A stretch of 64,000 bases of DNA from an uncultured Holophagales bacterium (GTDB lineage Bacteria; Acidobacteriota; Thermoanaerobaculia; Multivoradales; UBA5704). The notes under the pieces were generated by a model. The model was not told where the DNA came from. It worked only from the letters and a program-made list of their open reading frames with translations, and ran no database searches. The stretch covers positions 1,568,001 through 1,632,000 of the forward strand of contig CAWJGT010000003.1 in the NCBI GenBank assembly GCA_963842525.1. Direction: 5' to 3'. The translations under genes and the position numbers were made by a program. Positions 34,831-44,860 of the stretch are shown here, piece after piece; position 1 is the first letter of the stretch, and the number at the start of each line of letters is the position of its first letter.

Positions 34831-37502
34831 GCGCGGCCCCTCACCCCCCGACCCCCTCTCCCAACCGCCCTCCCAGCCCACCGGGAGAGGGGGAGCTTGT
34901 CATTGCCGATCCCCGAGCTGCTCTCGGCGTGCCTTCGCTGCTCGGCGGCAAGGCGGCGAACCTCGCGCGCCTCGAATCGATCGGGATGCCGGTGCCGCCT
35001 TGGTATGCAATCACAACGGAGGCATTCCGCCGTTTCCGTGATGTGCCGCTGCCGCCTGAGCTGGAGCGCGAGATCGAGCGCGCTCATGCTGCACGGATTC
35101 CTGACGGGAAGCTCGTGGCGGTGCGTTCCTCTGCGGTGGGGGAGGATGCAGCGGGGGAGTCCTTCGCAGGAATCCATGACAGTTTCCTTTTCGTCCGTGG
35201 CTGGGACGATCTGCTGAACGCGATCCGCGGCGTCTGGGCTTCGGCGTACAGCGAGCGCGCCCTCGCCTACCGGCGGGCCAGGGGGATCCCTCTCGACAGC
35301 ATCGCCGTGGCGGTCGTGGTCCAGGAGATGATCGATCCTCGATCGAGCGGAGTCCTCTTCACGGCCAACCCGAACAACGGCAGTGTCCACGAAATGGTGA
35401 TCAGCTCCCTCTGGGGAGCCGGCGAAGGGCTGGTCAGCGTGGGGCTGGACGCCGATACCTACATCGTCGAGAAGGACACGCTGGAGGTGACCGAGCAGCT
35501 CGCGGTCAAACGGGAGCAGATCGTTCTCGACCGTGATGCCGGCCGCGGCGTGGTGCGGACCGAGGTCCCTTCCGATCTGCAGGAGCGAAGCAGCCTCACA
35601 TCGGAGGAAATTGCCGAGCTGGCCCGCACCGGGCTCGCGATCGAAAGGTTGTATCGCCGGCCGCAGGACATCGAATTCGCCTTTGATTCGGAAGGCCGCC
35701 TCGCCATCCTCCAGGCGCGGCCGGTGACCACGGTCGAGGAGGACGGCCCCGCGGCCGGCCATAGGCTGATCTGGGATAACTCGAACATCATCGAGAGCTA
35801 TTCGGGCGTGACCTCGCCGATGACCTTCAGCTTCATCCGGCGGGCCTATTCGATCGTCTACCACTGCTTTGCCGAGGTCATGGGCATCACGCCGAAGGTC
35901 GTGCGGGCAAATCGCGACGTCTTCGACAACATGCTCGGCCTGTTCCGAGGCCAGGTCTACTACAACCTCCTCAACTGGTACCGTCTGGTCCGCCTCTTCC
36001 CCGGGTTCAACTACAACAAGAAATTCATGGAATCGATGATGGGCGTGCGCGAGAGCCTGCCGGAAGAGGCCGAGCCTGCGCCGGTCGGAGCCCTCCAGCG
36101 CTACACCGTCGAGCTGCCCGCCCTGCTGCGCCTGGTTGGCCGTTCAGTCACCAACTTCCTGCGCATCCGCCGCATCGTCGGCGATTTTCAGAGCCATTTC
36201 CGGGAGCACTACAGCCGCTGGTCGCAGATGGACTTCCGCTCGATGGCCCCGCACGAGCTGGCCGCGCTCTACCGCGAGATGGAGGAGAAGCTCCTCTGGG
36301 AATGGAAAGCGCCGATCATCAACGATTTCTTTGTGATGGTTTTCTATGGCACCCTCAAGAAGCTCTGCACCGCGTGGTGCGGTGACGAAGCCGGGACCCT
36401 CCAGAACGACCTGCTTGCCGGAGAAGGAGGAATCGAAAGCACCGAGCCGACGCGGATGCTCCTCCGTCTCGCCGCGCAGGCGCGCCAAAGGCCTGAGCTA
36501 TGCCAGCTCCTCCTGGAGCATCCACCAGAGGATCTGGTGACAGCCATCCCGGCCGATCCCCGTTTCGCCGACTTCGCGGCCGAGATCGCCCGCTATCTCG
36601 ACCTCTACGGATTCCGTGGGGTCAACGAGCTGAAGCTGGAGGAGCCCTCGGTCAAGGACCGTCCCGCCTTCCTCTATCAGATCCTCCGCAATTATCTGAG
36701 CGGAGAAGCCCTCGATGTCGCAGCCATGGACGAACGGGAGCGCCGCATCCGCCAGGAGGCCGAGAAGCGAGCCTTCGCTTCCATCAAGAAGAGCCTCCTG
36801 CCACGCACCACGATCTTCCGCCGCGTCCTGAACAACGCCCGTCTCGGCGTCAAGAACCGCGAGAACATGCGTTTCGCCCGCACCCGCATCTATGGCCTCC
36901 TGCGCGAGCTCCTCCGCGCCATCGGCGAACACTTCACTCAGGAAGGCATCCTCGAAGCCCCTGCCGACATCTTCTATCTGACCATCGACGAGGTCTGGGA
37001 CTTCATTCGGGGCCGCGCGGTGACCACGGACCTGAAAGTCCTCGTCGCCCTCCGCCGCGAGGAATTCGACGCCTATCGCCGCGAGGCCGAGAAGATGCCG
37101 GCTGACCGCTTCGAAACCTTCGGCCTGCCCTACCACCGCAACCGCTACCGGGGCCGCCCGCGTCCCGTTGCCGTGGACGCCGAAGGTGTCCTACGCGGCA
37201 CCGGCTGCTGCGCGGGCGTTGTGACCGGTCCGGTCAAGGTCCTCCGCACTCCCACTGAAGACGCCCGCCTCGACGGCGAGATCCTGGTCGCCGAAAGGAC
37301 CGATCCGGGTTGGGTGCCGCTCTATCCGTCCGTCTCAGGTCTTCTCATCGAGCGTGGGAGTATCCTTTCGCACTCCGCGATCGTTGCGCGGGAAATGGGC
37401 ATTCCTACTATCGTCGGCATCGCCGGGTTGGTGGAGACGCTGGAGACCGGGCAGATCGTCACGATGGACGGCGCGGCGGGGACGGTGCGACCCCGCCGTT
37501 GA
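34827..37502 (+). CDS. PEP-utilising dikinase-type phosphotransferase (rifampin-phosphotransferase architecture)
   Basis: ATP-grasp motifs GGKAANL, AVRSSA..ED...SFAG and QARPVT; central domain; C-terminal His-swivel TDPGW...GSILSHSAIVAREMGIP. GTGA overlap with the UbiA stop. Confidence 0.9.
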   Translation: MSAAPHPPTPSPNRPPSPPGEGELVIADPRAALGVPSLLGGKAANLARLESIGMPVPPWYAITTEAFRRFRDVPLPPELEREIERAHAARIPDGKLVAVRSSAVGEDAAGESFAGIHDSFLFVRGWDDLLNAIRGVWASAYSERALAYRRARGIPLDSIAVAVVVQEMIDPRSSGVLFTANPNNGSVHEMVISSLWGAGEGLVSVGLDADTYIVEKDTLEVTEQLAVKREQIVLDRDAGRGVVRTEVPSDLQERSSLTSEEIAELARTGLAIERLYRRPQDIEFAFDSEGRLAILQARPVTTVEEDGPAAGHRLIWDNSNIIESYSGVTSPMTFSFIRRAYSIVYHCFAEVMGITPKVVRANRDVFDNMLGLFRGQVYYNLLNWYRLVRLFPGFNYNKKFMESMMGVRESLPEEAEPAPVGALQRYTVELPALLRLVGRSVTNFLRIRRIVGDFQSHFREHYSRWSQMDFRSMAPHELAALYREMEEKLLWEWKAPIINDFFVMVFYGTLKKLCTAWCGDEAGTLQNDLLAGEGGIESTEPTRMLLRLAAQARQRPELCQLLLEHPPEDLVTAIPADPRFADFAAEIARYLDLYGFRGVNELKLEEPSVKDRPAFLYQILRNYLSGEALDVAAMDERERRIRQEAEKRAFASIKKSLLPRTTIFRRVLNNARLGVKNRENMRFARTRIYGLLRELLRAIGEHFTQEGILEAPADIFYLTIDEVWDFIRGRAVTTDLKVLVALRREEFDAYRREAEKMPADRFETFGLPYHRNRYRGRPRPVAVDAEGVLRGTGCCAGVVTGPVKVLRTPTEDARLDGEILVAERTDPGWVPLYPSVSGLLIERGSILSHSAIVAREMGIPTIVGIAGLVETLETGQIVTMDGAAGTVRPRR
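34837..34895. repeat. Single arm of the palindromic element, in frame in the phosphotransferase N-terminus
   Basis: CCCCTCACCCCCCGACCCCCTCTCCC...CCGGGAGAGGGGGAG, translated PHPPTPSPNRPPSPPGEGE. Confidence 0.85.
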
Positions 37503-37571
37503 GGGGCTCTGTTTTTTGGCTTCGCTGCTCCATTGCTTAGGCTCGTGGACTACGAAGAACTCACCGCAGAT

Positions 37572-39377
37572 CTACTCGAACTCCAACACCAACCGCGGAG
37601 CGCGGGTTGGAATACTGGCTGCGAGGGCACCTTCTCTGGACACGTACTCCACCTTGCCTGCCTGTCCTTCCGAGTCTTTTTTGACCAGCCATCCGTAGTC
37701 GGCACCGGCGAGAACGTCGCTTGTTACATCCCAACTCACTTCTCCAGACAGGCCGTTCGTGTGTACGACAGGCGCGCCGGTCGAAGCAGCGAAGGTCCCG
37801 CCATCCCACAGCATGGGGCAGTTGGGGGTCTGGTTCGCGATGTCGAGGTCGGTAGCGCACGCCCAGGTGACGCCGGGGCCGGTGCCGCGGGTGTTGCCGC
37901 CGACGGTCCAACCGTTGCCTTCGGACCATGGCTCGAGCAGACGGTGGGCGCTCATTGGGCGCCCGGAACTGCCCCAGTTGTCCGTGAGCTGCGCGATCGT
38001 GAGCACCAGCGTGGCTCTTACGAGACCTACGATCGAAACACCCGATAGGTCGAAGCGTACGAGGATTCGGTTCTTTCCTGAGCTTTGGATGCGGAGCGAG
38101 TCGTTGGCACCCTCATTCGTGTTGGGTGCACCCTGGCGCAGGAAGCTATCGGCGATGGCGGTAAGCTCGAGCGGCGGCGGAGGTCCGCCGTCGTTGCGAA
38201 CGAAGGCGACTTTTTCGTTCACGATCAGCGCGTCCGAGTCACCGTCGCCATCGACGTCGCCCACAACCACCGACTCGACGTTGCCCCCTGCGCCGTGGTC
38301 GAAGGTGAGAAGGTACGGATCGGCAATAGTCTGGGGCGTCGCTCCGAGCCCGCCCATCAGCGGATCGCCATACAGAATGCTCAGATCTCGGGTGTTGGCG
38401 TTGTCCGTTATGAGGTCTGGCCAGCCATCGTTGTTGAAGTCCGCGACTTCTGGGTCGCGAGGATGTGCCCCGGGGCTTGACTGAGTGGGCACGGCTCCGG
38501 GAGCGAGCAAGCCGTCGTAGATGTAGAGATGGTTAGTCGAGCTGTGCGGCACGTCAGCATTGGTGATGAGATCGGCGTCACCATCGCGGTCGAAGTCGGC
38601 CAGGGTGCCGAAGGTTGACCGGCTTGCGTCGCCAGCATCTAGCGTGAAGCTCGAAAAGCTTCGCCCTCCGAGGTTCGTAAAGACTGTGACGGAGTTCGGT
38701 CCGGTATCGTGGGTGCCGCCGAAAACGTCCAAGTCACCGTCGCCGTCATAGTCTCCGACCCAGGCTCGAACGAGGTCGTTTGGGGAAGTTGGAACGCTAG
38801 TGGAAGAGGTGAAGCGCAGCGCCGGGTTCGCGTCGTTCCAGAGGACGTGCAGTTTGCCAGGTGCCGTAAAGCCAAGGTCCGTCGTGACTGCATCGGGTAG
38901 GGAGTCGCCGTCGAGGTCCGCGAAGGCCAAACCGTAGCCGGCATCAACGTCTGGTGTCGGATACTCGGCGACTGTCCGCCCACCGGGAACCGAGTAGAGG
39001 ACGGTAAGGATTCCTTGCTGATTGTTTGCTCGGTTCCAGGTCACGATATCTGGAGTGCCGTCGCCGTCGACATCAGCGACCTGCGGCGAGAGGTATTCTT
39101 GCCCTCTCGGCAGCGGAGTAGCGTCAAGCAGCGTGTATCCCCCCGACCCGCTGATCTGGGAGACCTCCAGCACGTTCAGTGGAAATCGAACAATCAGAAC
39201 CTCGTTTTGACCGTCGCTGTCGAGGTCTCCCAGTCCGCCGGTGTAGCGGATGCCCGACCCTGGATTCACGGGCAACACTGTGAAGGGCACAGTCTGCGAC
39301 ATTAATGTGGCCGGCAGCATTGCGGTGATGAACAGACTGCGGAGCAGAATTCGTAACTTCAGCATGTCGTCTCTCAT
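37572..39377 (-). CDS. Secreted FG-GAP/VCBS-repeat beta-propeller protein with a C-terminal DNRLRE-like domain
   Basis: Signal-like N-terminus; about seven DxDGDG-type repeats; C-terminal ADSFLRQGAPNTNEG...RILVRFDL...SRE...PRLVL; GGAGG upstream of ATG 39377. Confidence 0.85.
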   Translation of the reverse strand: MRDDMLKLRILLRSLFITAMLPATLMSQTVPFTVLPVNPGSGIRYTGGLGDLDSDGQNEVLIVRFPLNVLEVSQISGSGGYTLLDATPLPRGQEYLSPQVADVDGDGTPDIVTWNRANNQQGILTVLYSVPGGRTVAEYPTPDVDAGYGLAFADLDGDSLPDAVTTDLGFTAPGKLHVLWNDANPALRFTSSTSVPTSPNDLVRAWVGDYDGDGDLDVFGGTHDTGPNSVTVFTNLGGRSFSSFTLDAGDASRSTFGTLADFDRDGDADLITNADVPHSSTNHLYIYDGLLAPGAVPTQSSPGAHPRDPEVADFNNDGWPDLITDNANTRDLSILYGDPLMGGLGATPQTIADPYLLTFDHGAGGNVESVVVGDVDGDGDSDALIVNEKVAFVRNDGGPPPPLELTAIADSFLRQGAPNTNEGANDSLRIQSSGKNRILVRFDLSGVSIVGLVRATLVLTIAQLTDNWGSSGRPMSAHRLLEPWSEGNGWTVGGNTRGTGPGVTWACATDLDIANQTPNCPMLWDGGTFAASTGAPVVHTNGLSGEVSWDVTSDVLAGADYGWLVKKDSEGQAGKVEYVSREGALAASIPTRAPRLVLEFE

Positions 39378-39422
39378 CTTTTTCCCTCCGTTGCTGAGGA
39401 GAACGTCAGCAAGGAGGTGCAC

Positions 39423-39439
39423 AGCAACACCCATACCAG
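39423..39439 (-). promoter_or_regulatory. Putative sigma54 (-24/-12) promoter of the FG-GAP gene
   Basis: Minus strand reads CTGGTATGGGTGTTGCT with exact GG-N10-GC spacing, about 45 bp upstream of the ATG and just downstream of a sigma54-activator gene. Confidence 0.7.
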
Positions 39440-39536
39440 AGTAGACGCCCTGCTGGCTCAGGGGCGGCATGGCTAGCCGCTTGGCGATGACCGCGAAGCA
39501 GAGTGGGCAGGGGTGCGAAGCAGGTTGGCGGCTGGC

Positions 39537-41321
39537 CTACGAGTCGATCAGCCCCAGCCGCTTCATCTTCAGGCTGAGCCCGTTTCTGGTAAGTCCCAGG
39601 ATTTGCGCCGTCTTGGTCTTGTTGCCGCCGCAGGCAGAGAGCGCTGATGCAATGGCCTTCTTTTCGAGCGCGTCGACCTGCTCCTTGAGGGTCGGAGGCG
39701 CTGGGGGTGAAGACGGCCGCGGCGGCTCGACGTCCCTCTCGTCACTGGCGGCTGGCGGCGGGCCATCGAGAGCCACCAGGTTGCTCTCCACGATGCCACC
39801 GTCCAGGCAGTGGAGGACAGCGCGATCGATCACCGATTTAAGCTCGCGGACGTTGCCGGGCCAGGGATGCTCCAACAGAATATCGAGCGCACGGCGGCTC
39901 ACACCGAGGATGCGTTTGCCTTCTCTGGCTGCGGCCCGGCTTGTGAACACCGCGATCAGACGCGGGAGATCCTCGCGGCGCTCGCGCAGAACCGGCAGAC
40001 GGATCTCCAGACGTCGAAGCCGGTAGTAGAGGTCGGGCCGGAATCCACCCTGGGCGGCTGCCGCAGTGAGATCGCGGTTGGAGGCCGAGATCACCCGCAG
40101 GTCGATCTTCTTCGGCGCCGCGGCTCCGAGCGGGTGGATCTCGCGCTCTTCGAGGACGCGCAGCAGCTTGGCCTGGATGACGGGTGGGAGCTCGCCGACC
40201 TCGTCGAGGAAGAGCGTGCCGCCGCGGGCCTGAGCGAAGAGGCCGGGCCGCGGGTCGACGCCGGTGGCCACGCGTTTCTGCACTCCGAACAGCTCGGCCT
40301 CCGCCAGCTCGGCGGGGATGGACGCGCAGTTGATCGCAACGAACGGGCCCCGGTTGCCGGGCCCGGTGGAGAGGTGGATGGCGCGCGCGGTAAGCTCTTT
40401 GCCAGTGCCGGTCTCGCCGAGCAAGAGGACGTCGAGCCTGCTTCGGGCGGCGGCTTCGATCTCGCGCAGCAGCATCCGGGAGGCGGGCGCCTCGCCGAGC
40501 ACCATGTGGGGCGGGAGCTCCAGCCGAGGCTGGGGTCGAGCCGGCTTGGCAGACGCCTGCTCCGGTGCGAGCCGCGCCGCCAGGTAGGAGAGAAAGTCCT
40601 CTTGCCACGGCGCCACCGCGGTGGCCTCGGGTGGAAAGACGGCCGCCAGCCGGAGGGACCCGGCCCCCTCGGCGACGATCACGCACCGGCCCGATTCGTG
40701 ATCGTAGAGCTTCGTCGCGCCAGGGTCGAGGCCGGCGTGTGCGAGCGCGGGAAGGACCGCGGCGGGCGGTATGGGCCCGCGGCAGTCGACGAGAGCGAGG
40801 TCGCCGACCGCTGGGTGGAAGAGGAGGAGGGTCTCCGCGCCCAGGGCCTCGCGCGCGGTGTCCAGGCGGGCGTCTTCGCCGGGTACGAGAGGCTCGGGCT
40901 CGGTCTCCCGGACGAAGCGCAAGGCCGCGGCGGCCGAGCCGCCGTGCGCGCTCAGCAGAAAGGTCGACGTGGCGGCGGGGAGCCCCACTGCGGTGAGGGC
41001 CTCGGCGAGCGCGAGCCCCAGCTCGGCGTCTGCAGACGAGATGTCCTCGAGAGTCATGCGGGCGTGGCCGAGCCGGACCTCCTCTCCGGGCCGCAGAAGG
41101 ATCTGAGCGAGGCGTTGGCCGTGCACGGCGAGTCCGTTCTTCGAGCCGAGATCGACGAGGAGGGCACCGTGGTCTACTCGCTCCATCCGGGCATGGTGCT
41201 GCGACACTCCGGGGAAGGGCAGGACGAAATCGTTGTCTTCGGCCGCTCCGATCGACGCCGCCGGCTGGGTCAAGGTGAAGAGCCGCACTCGGGAGTCGCA
41301 CCGGGCGACCAGGCGGAGCAC
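39537..41321 (-). CDS. FHA-domain sigma54-dependent enhancer-binding protein (AAA+, Fis HTH)
   Basis: FHA VSQHHA...DLGSKNG; Walker A GETGTGKE; Walker B LFLDEVGE; WPGNVREL; HTH GNKTKTAQILG. Confidence 0.92.
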   Translation of the reverse strand: MLRLVARCDSRVRLFTLTQPAASIGAAEDNDFVLPFPGVSQHHARMERVDHGALLVDLGSKNGLAVHGQRLAQILLRPGEEVRLGHARMTLEDISSADAELGLALAEALTAVGLPAATSTFLLSAHGGSAAAALRFVRETEPEPLVPGEDARLDTAREALGAETLLLFHPAVGDLALVDCRGPIPPAAVLPALAHAGLDPGATKLYDHESGRCVIVAEGAGSLRLAAVFPPEATAVAPWQEDFLSYLAARLAPEQASAKPARPQPRLELPPHMVLGEAPASRMLLREIEAAARSRLDVLLLGETGTGKELTARAIHLSTGPGNRGPFVAINCASIPAELAEAELFGVQKRVATGVDPRPGLFAQARGGTLFLDEVGELPPVIQAKLLRVLEEREIHPLGAAAPKKIDLRVISASNRDLTAAAAQGGFRPDLYYRLRRLEIRLPVLRERREDLPRLIAVFTSRAAAREGKRILGVSRRALDILLEHPWPGNVRELKSVIDRAVLHCLDGGIVESNLVALDGPPPAASDERDVEPPRPSSPPAPPTLKEQVDALEKKAIASALSACGGNKTKTAQILGLTRNGLSLKMKRLGLIDS

Positions 41322-41324
41322 AGG

Positions 41325-43974
41325 TCAGCCCCTCTTCTCCAACCAATCCGCAAGCTCGGCTTCGATCTCGAGGGCTCGGCTCTCGTTGCCCACCGCGCGC
41401 GAGAAGGCGGCCGCGCGCTGCGCAATCAGCCGGAAATGAGCGCAGACCCCCGTCAGCTCCCGGCGTTGTTGCTTTGCGAGCTCGTAGCTTTCCTCCGCGA
41501 CCTGGGCGGCCTCGCGGTTGCGTCCGGTGCGACCGAGAAGCGCGGCCTTGAGCGCAAGGAGCATCGGAGCGGACTCGAGAGCTCAAGGTGAGCGATTGAT
41601 GGACCTGTGACATGAGAGAGCGGGGATCGCTGCCGCCCGCGAACTGAATCTCCAGATCCCAGTAGCGCTGTAAGTCCATCAGTGACTCCGGGTTGCGGTT
41701 CGACGGAGTCGGCGACTCACCCTTCCGCCAGAGCAGGAAGCGTCGTAAGAGATCGGCTTGATCCTCTTCACCATAGGCGGCGACGAAGTCTTCGATCGCC
41801 CCTTGGGCGGTCCCGTAACGCCCCAGCTCAGCCAGTGCCAGCACGGCTCCCTCGAGTATTTCCCACTTGTTCCGCCCGGCATTTGCAGATCCGCCAGGGC
41901 CGAAGCCGCGTAGGTACCACTCAACAGCCTGATCGAGATGCCCGGCCAGGTGAAAGGACTTCCCCGCTTCGAACGCCGCGTCCGTCGCCGTTTCCGAGGT
42001 GCGCATCAGCGCCTGGTAGGCGCCCTCGGCCTGCTCGTACCGTCCGGCTGCAACCAGAGAACGTGCGCGTACCCGCGCCACCCAATCGGCGAGAAACAGA
42101 TCCCCCGCTCTGGCCGCATTCGTTCCGGCGGCTTCGACCTCGCGCAACGCTGCGTCGAAGAATCCGACGTTTAGAAGCCGGTCTGTCTCTCGCAGATTCT
42201 CATAGGCTCGATTGCGCGCAACGAGGCGGGTTGGAGACGCAGTGAGGTGAGGAGGGAAACAGTAGAATCCAATCGAGAGGCTCTTGCTTCTATATCGCAA
42301 GAGAACCGTCTTGCGACCAGCATTGAAAGTCGCCGCGTCGTCTGTCAGCCGGTCGTCCCGGGGGCCCAGGCAGTACCAGAGCAGCGCGGCGGGATGAGCG
42401 CCGGGATAGTTGGCGTCGGGTGAGCCCGCGGCCGGTCCGGCCCAGGGTAATGGGGCATTGACTTCCGGCGAGAGGCGCACCGCCGAGATTCCCGTGTACC
42501 AGCCCATGCGGTTGTTGATCCCGGCGAGGAGCAGATCGGCCTTCCCGTCCCCGTCGAGGTCTTGCGCGCCCTTGAAGTAGTGGTGTCCCGAAGCGATGAA
42601 GACGAGCCGCGCCCGATCGATGCGCGGTTCGTAGAGCACCGTATAACTTGGCCACCAGGGGGAGTGGGTATAGGTCGCGAGGATCTCCTGTCCGCCGTCT
42701 CCGTCGAGATCGAGGGCATCCAGGCGAGGATGGAAGGTATCTGAAAAACCGCCGAACCGCTGCGCTCCAGAAGGTAGCTCGACCTTCTTGATCACGCTTC
42801 CTGTGTCCGCATCGAGAATCGACAGCACCGTCGCCGTCTCCCGTCGCCGGTAGGCACCGAGGACGGCGACAACGCGGCGCGGCTCACTCGGCGCGAGTTG
42901 GGCGGCGATCGAGTTACTCGCATGAACCTGGCTGGCCGTCCACAGCGGGCGGCCGTTTTTGGACATGGCGGTGGCTCCCTCCTCCGAATAGCTCAGATAA
43001 GAGAAACTCGTAGACTTGAGCCAGACCACAGCGGCGACGCATGCAGCGAGCAGAAACAACGCGGCGATCGCCGCCCTCGTGAGCCAGGATCGGGGGATCG
43101 CCTTGGATTCCAAAGCCGCCCGCACTGCCTCCGCGGAGGGGTAGCGGTCCTCCGGCCGGCGGGCGAGCAGCCGCTGGACGACCGCACCGAGCCAGCGTGG
43201 CACCTCGGGACGGACCGCGCAGACGTTGGCGATCTCCCGCAGGTGGCCGAGCATCGCGCCCAGGGCGGAGCGCCCTTCGTACGGGCGCCGTCCGGTCAAC
43301 ATCTCGAACAGGACGACACCCAGGCTGTAGAGATCGCTTCGTGCGTCCACCTCGTGGCCCAGGACCTGCTCGGGCGAGAGGTACTGAAGCGTGCCGACAA
43401 CTGCATCATGGAGGGTGGCGCGCGTCTCGTCCGCCGTCAGCGGCAAGGCGAGCCCAAAGTCGCCGAGCTTCACATCTCCTTCGGGCGTCAGGAAGACGTT
43501 CCCGGGCTTGACGTCGCGGTGGACGATCGCACGTTGGTGGAGGACGGCGAGGCCTTCGAGGATCTGCGAAGCGATCCGGACCGCCTCGCCGACCGGGAGC
43601 GGGCCTTCGCCGAGGCGGCGGTCGAGCGACCCTCCTTCGACCACCTCCATGGTGAGGAATACCGCGTTGTCCGAGGTGGTGATGTCGAAGATCCGCACCA
43701 ACCGATCGCTCGCCACGTCGCGGGCGACTTTGATCTCCCGGCGCAGGCGGAGCAAAGAGGCGGAAGAGAAGCGGTCCGCGCGCAGGGTCTTGAGCGCCAC
43801 GTCGCGCTTGAGCTCGCGGTCGCGGGCGCGATAGACGACGGCCAAGCCGCCACGGCCGAGGACTTCCCGGATTTCATAGCGGCCGGCCAGGACTTCGCCG
43901 GGAGCGATCTCGGGCGTTCCTGGGTCCGCCTCGCCAGGTTCGACGGTCTCGGTGGGTTGTGGCTCCCTCGGCAT
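41325..43974 (-). CDS. Membrane Ser/Thr protein kinase with extracytoplasmic FG-GAP-like and TPR regions
   Basis: GRGGLAVV, VALK, HRDVKPGN, DFG, YLSPEQ, one TM helix, DLDGDG motifs and helical repeats. A frameshift near 41575 joins ORF 41325-41564. Confidence 0.88.
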
Positions 43975-44177
43975 GGATGGAAGACCGTCAGCAGGTTTCG
44001 CCCCTCGCCCGGAGGTGAGGCCCCCCGGCCCCTGACCCCAGCCAACCCTCCCAGGATCAGCCGCAAGATTTCCTGCATGGCGTTCGGCGAGGCAATGCTG
44101 CCGTCCCAATGCAGAACATGATACTCCGCAAGCATCTCGGGAATGGACCTCGGACTTGGCGCCTTAAGGCGAGCTCT

Positions 44178-44850
44178 GTCGCATGTCCCCCAAGCGCGTC
44201 GCAAACGACCCCTAAGGAGTCGCAAACGGGCCAAGAGGCGTCGCACGCAACGCTGGAGAGTCGCAAACGGCCCGAATCACGTCCCAAAGACCGATTCAAG
44301 GAAACCTCAGCGTCGCAAAAGCGGGGTCAGCAAGGCTCGCAGGTCTGGTGCAACGCATCCAGCGCGACTCTTCGAGGTATCCATCCTCTCCTCGGCGTTG
44401 CAAAAGCCTCGGTCGAGGGATCGGCAAAGTTGCGAAAGCGGTCCTGTGCGACGCGAGAAGTGTCGATTGCGACTCTGGACGTCTGAGTGCGCTGCCAGAA
44501 TCTTTGTTTGCGACTCTGTGCGCCAAAATTGCGACTCCAAATCGACCCCTTGCGACCCATCAAGCATCGATCGGTGCAATCAACTTATCTCTTTGCGGCG
44601 CGTACGCCTGGGAAAAAGGTGGTGATGGCTCTTTTGCAACGCCTTATCGGTCCTTGCAGCGCCGTATGAGCTTGACGGAGCGGCAGAAAACCTTCGGCGT
44701 CGCAAAGAAGCGATCTTGTGCGACAAGATAAGGATAGTTTGCGACGCTGAATCGATGTCGAGTCGCACTGAATCGATTCAGCGCGACTCTGGATCGATTC
44801 CCTGCGACGGCGAATCGTTGGCGTGTCGCAAAAGGTCCCCCGTTTGCGAC
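44178..44850. repeat. Phased GTCGCA/TGCGAC hexamer array, ~21-bp period
   Basis: Cores (some are one-mismatch variants) at 44178, 44198, 44219, 44240, 44260, 44281; 44447, 44468, 44488, 44509, 44530, 44551; 44699, 44719, 44740, 44762, 44782, 44803, 44825, 44845. Confidence 0.8.
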
Positions 44851-44860
44851 ACCATAGGCA

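Noticed and set aside
34827-37502. Rifampin resistance gene or PEP synthase
   Set aside because: Only the domain order matches RPH; there is no PEP synthase C-terminal barrel, and the coupling to a UbiA-like gene points to a biosynthetic role.
37491-37517. Intrinsic terminator after the PEP-utilising gene
   Set aside because: The stem is only about 4 bp and is separated from the T-tract; too weak to call.
44178-44850. CRISPR array
   Set aside because: The conserved core is only 6 bp, orientation switches, the period is too short, and no cas genes are present.
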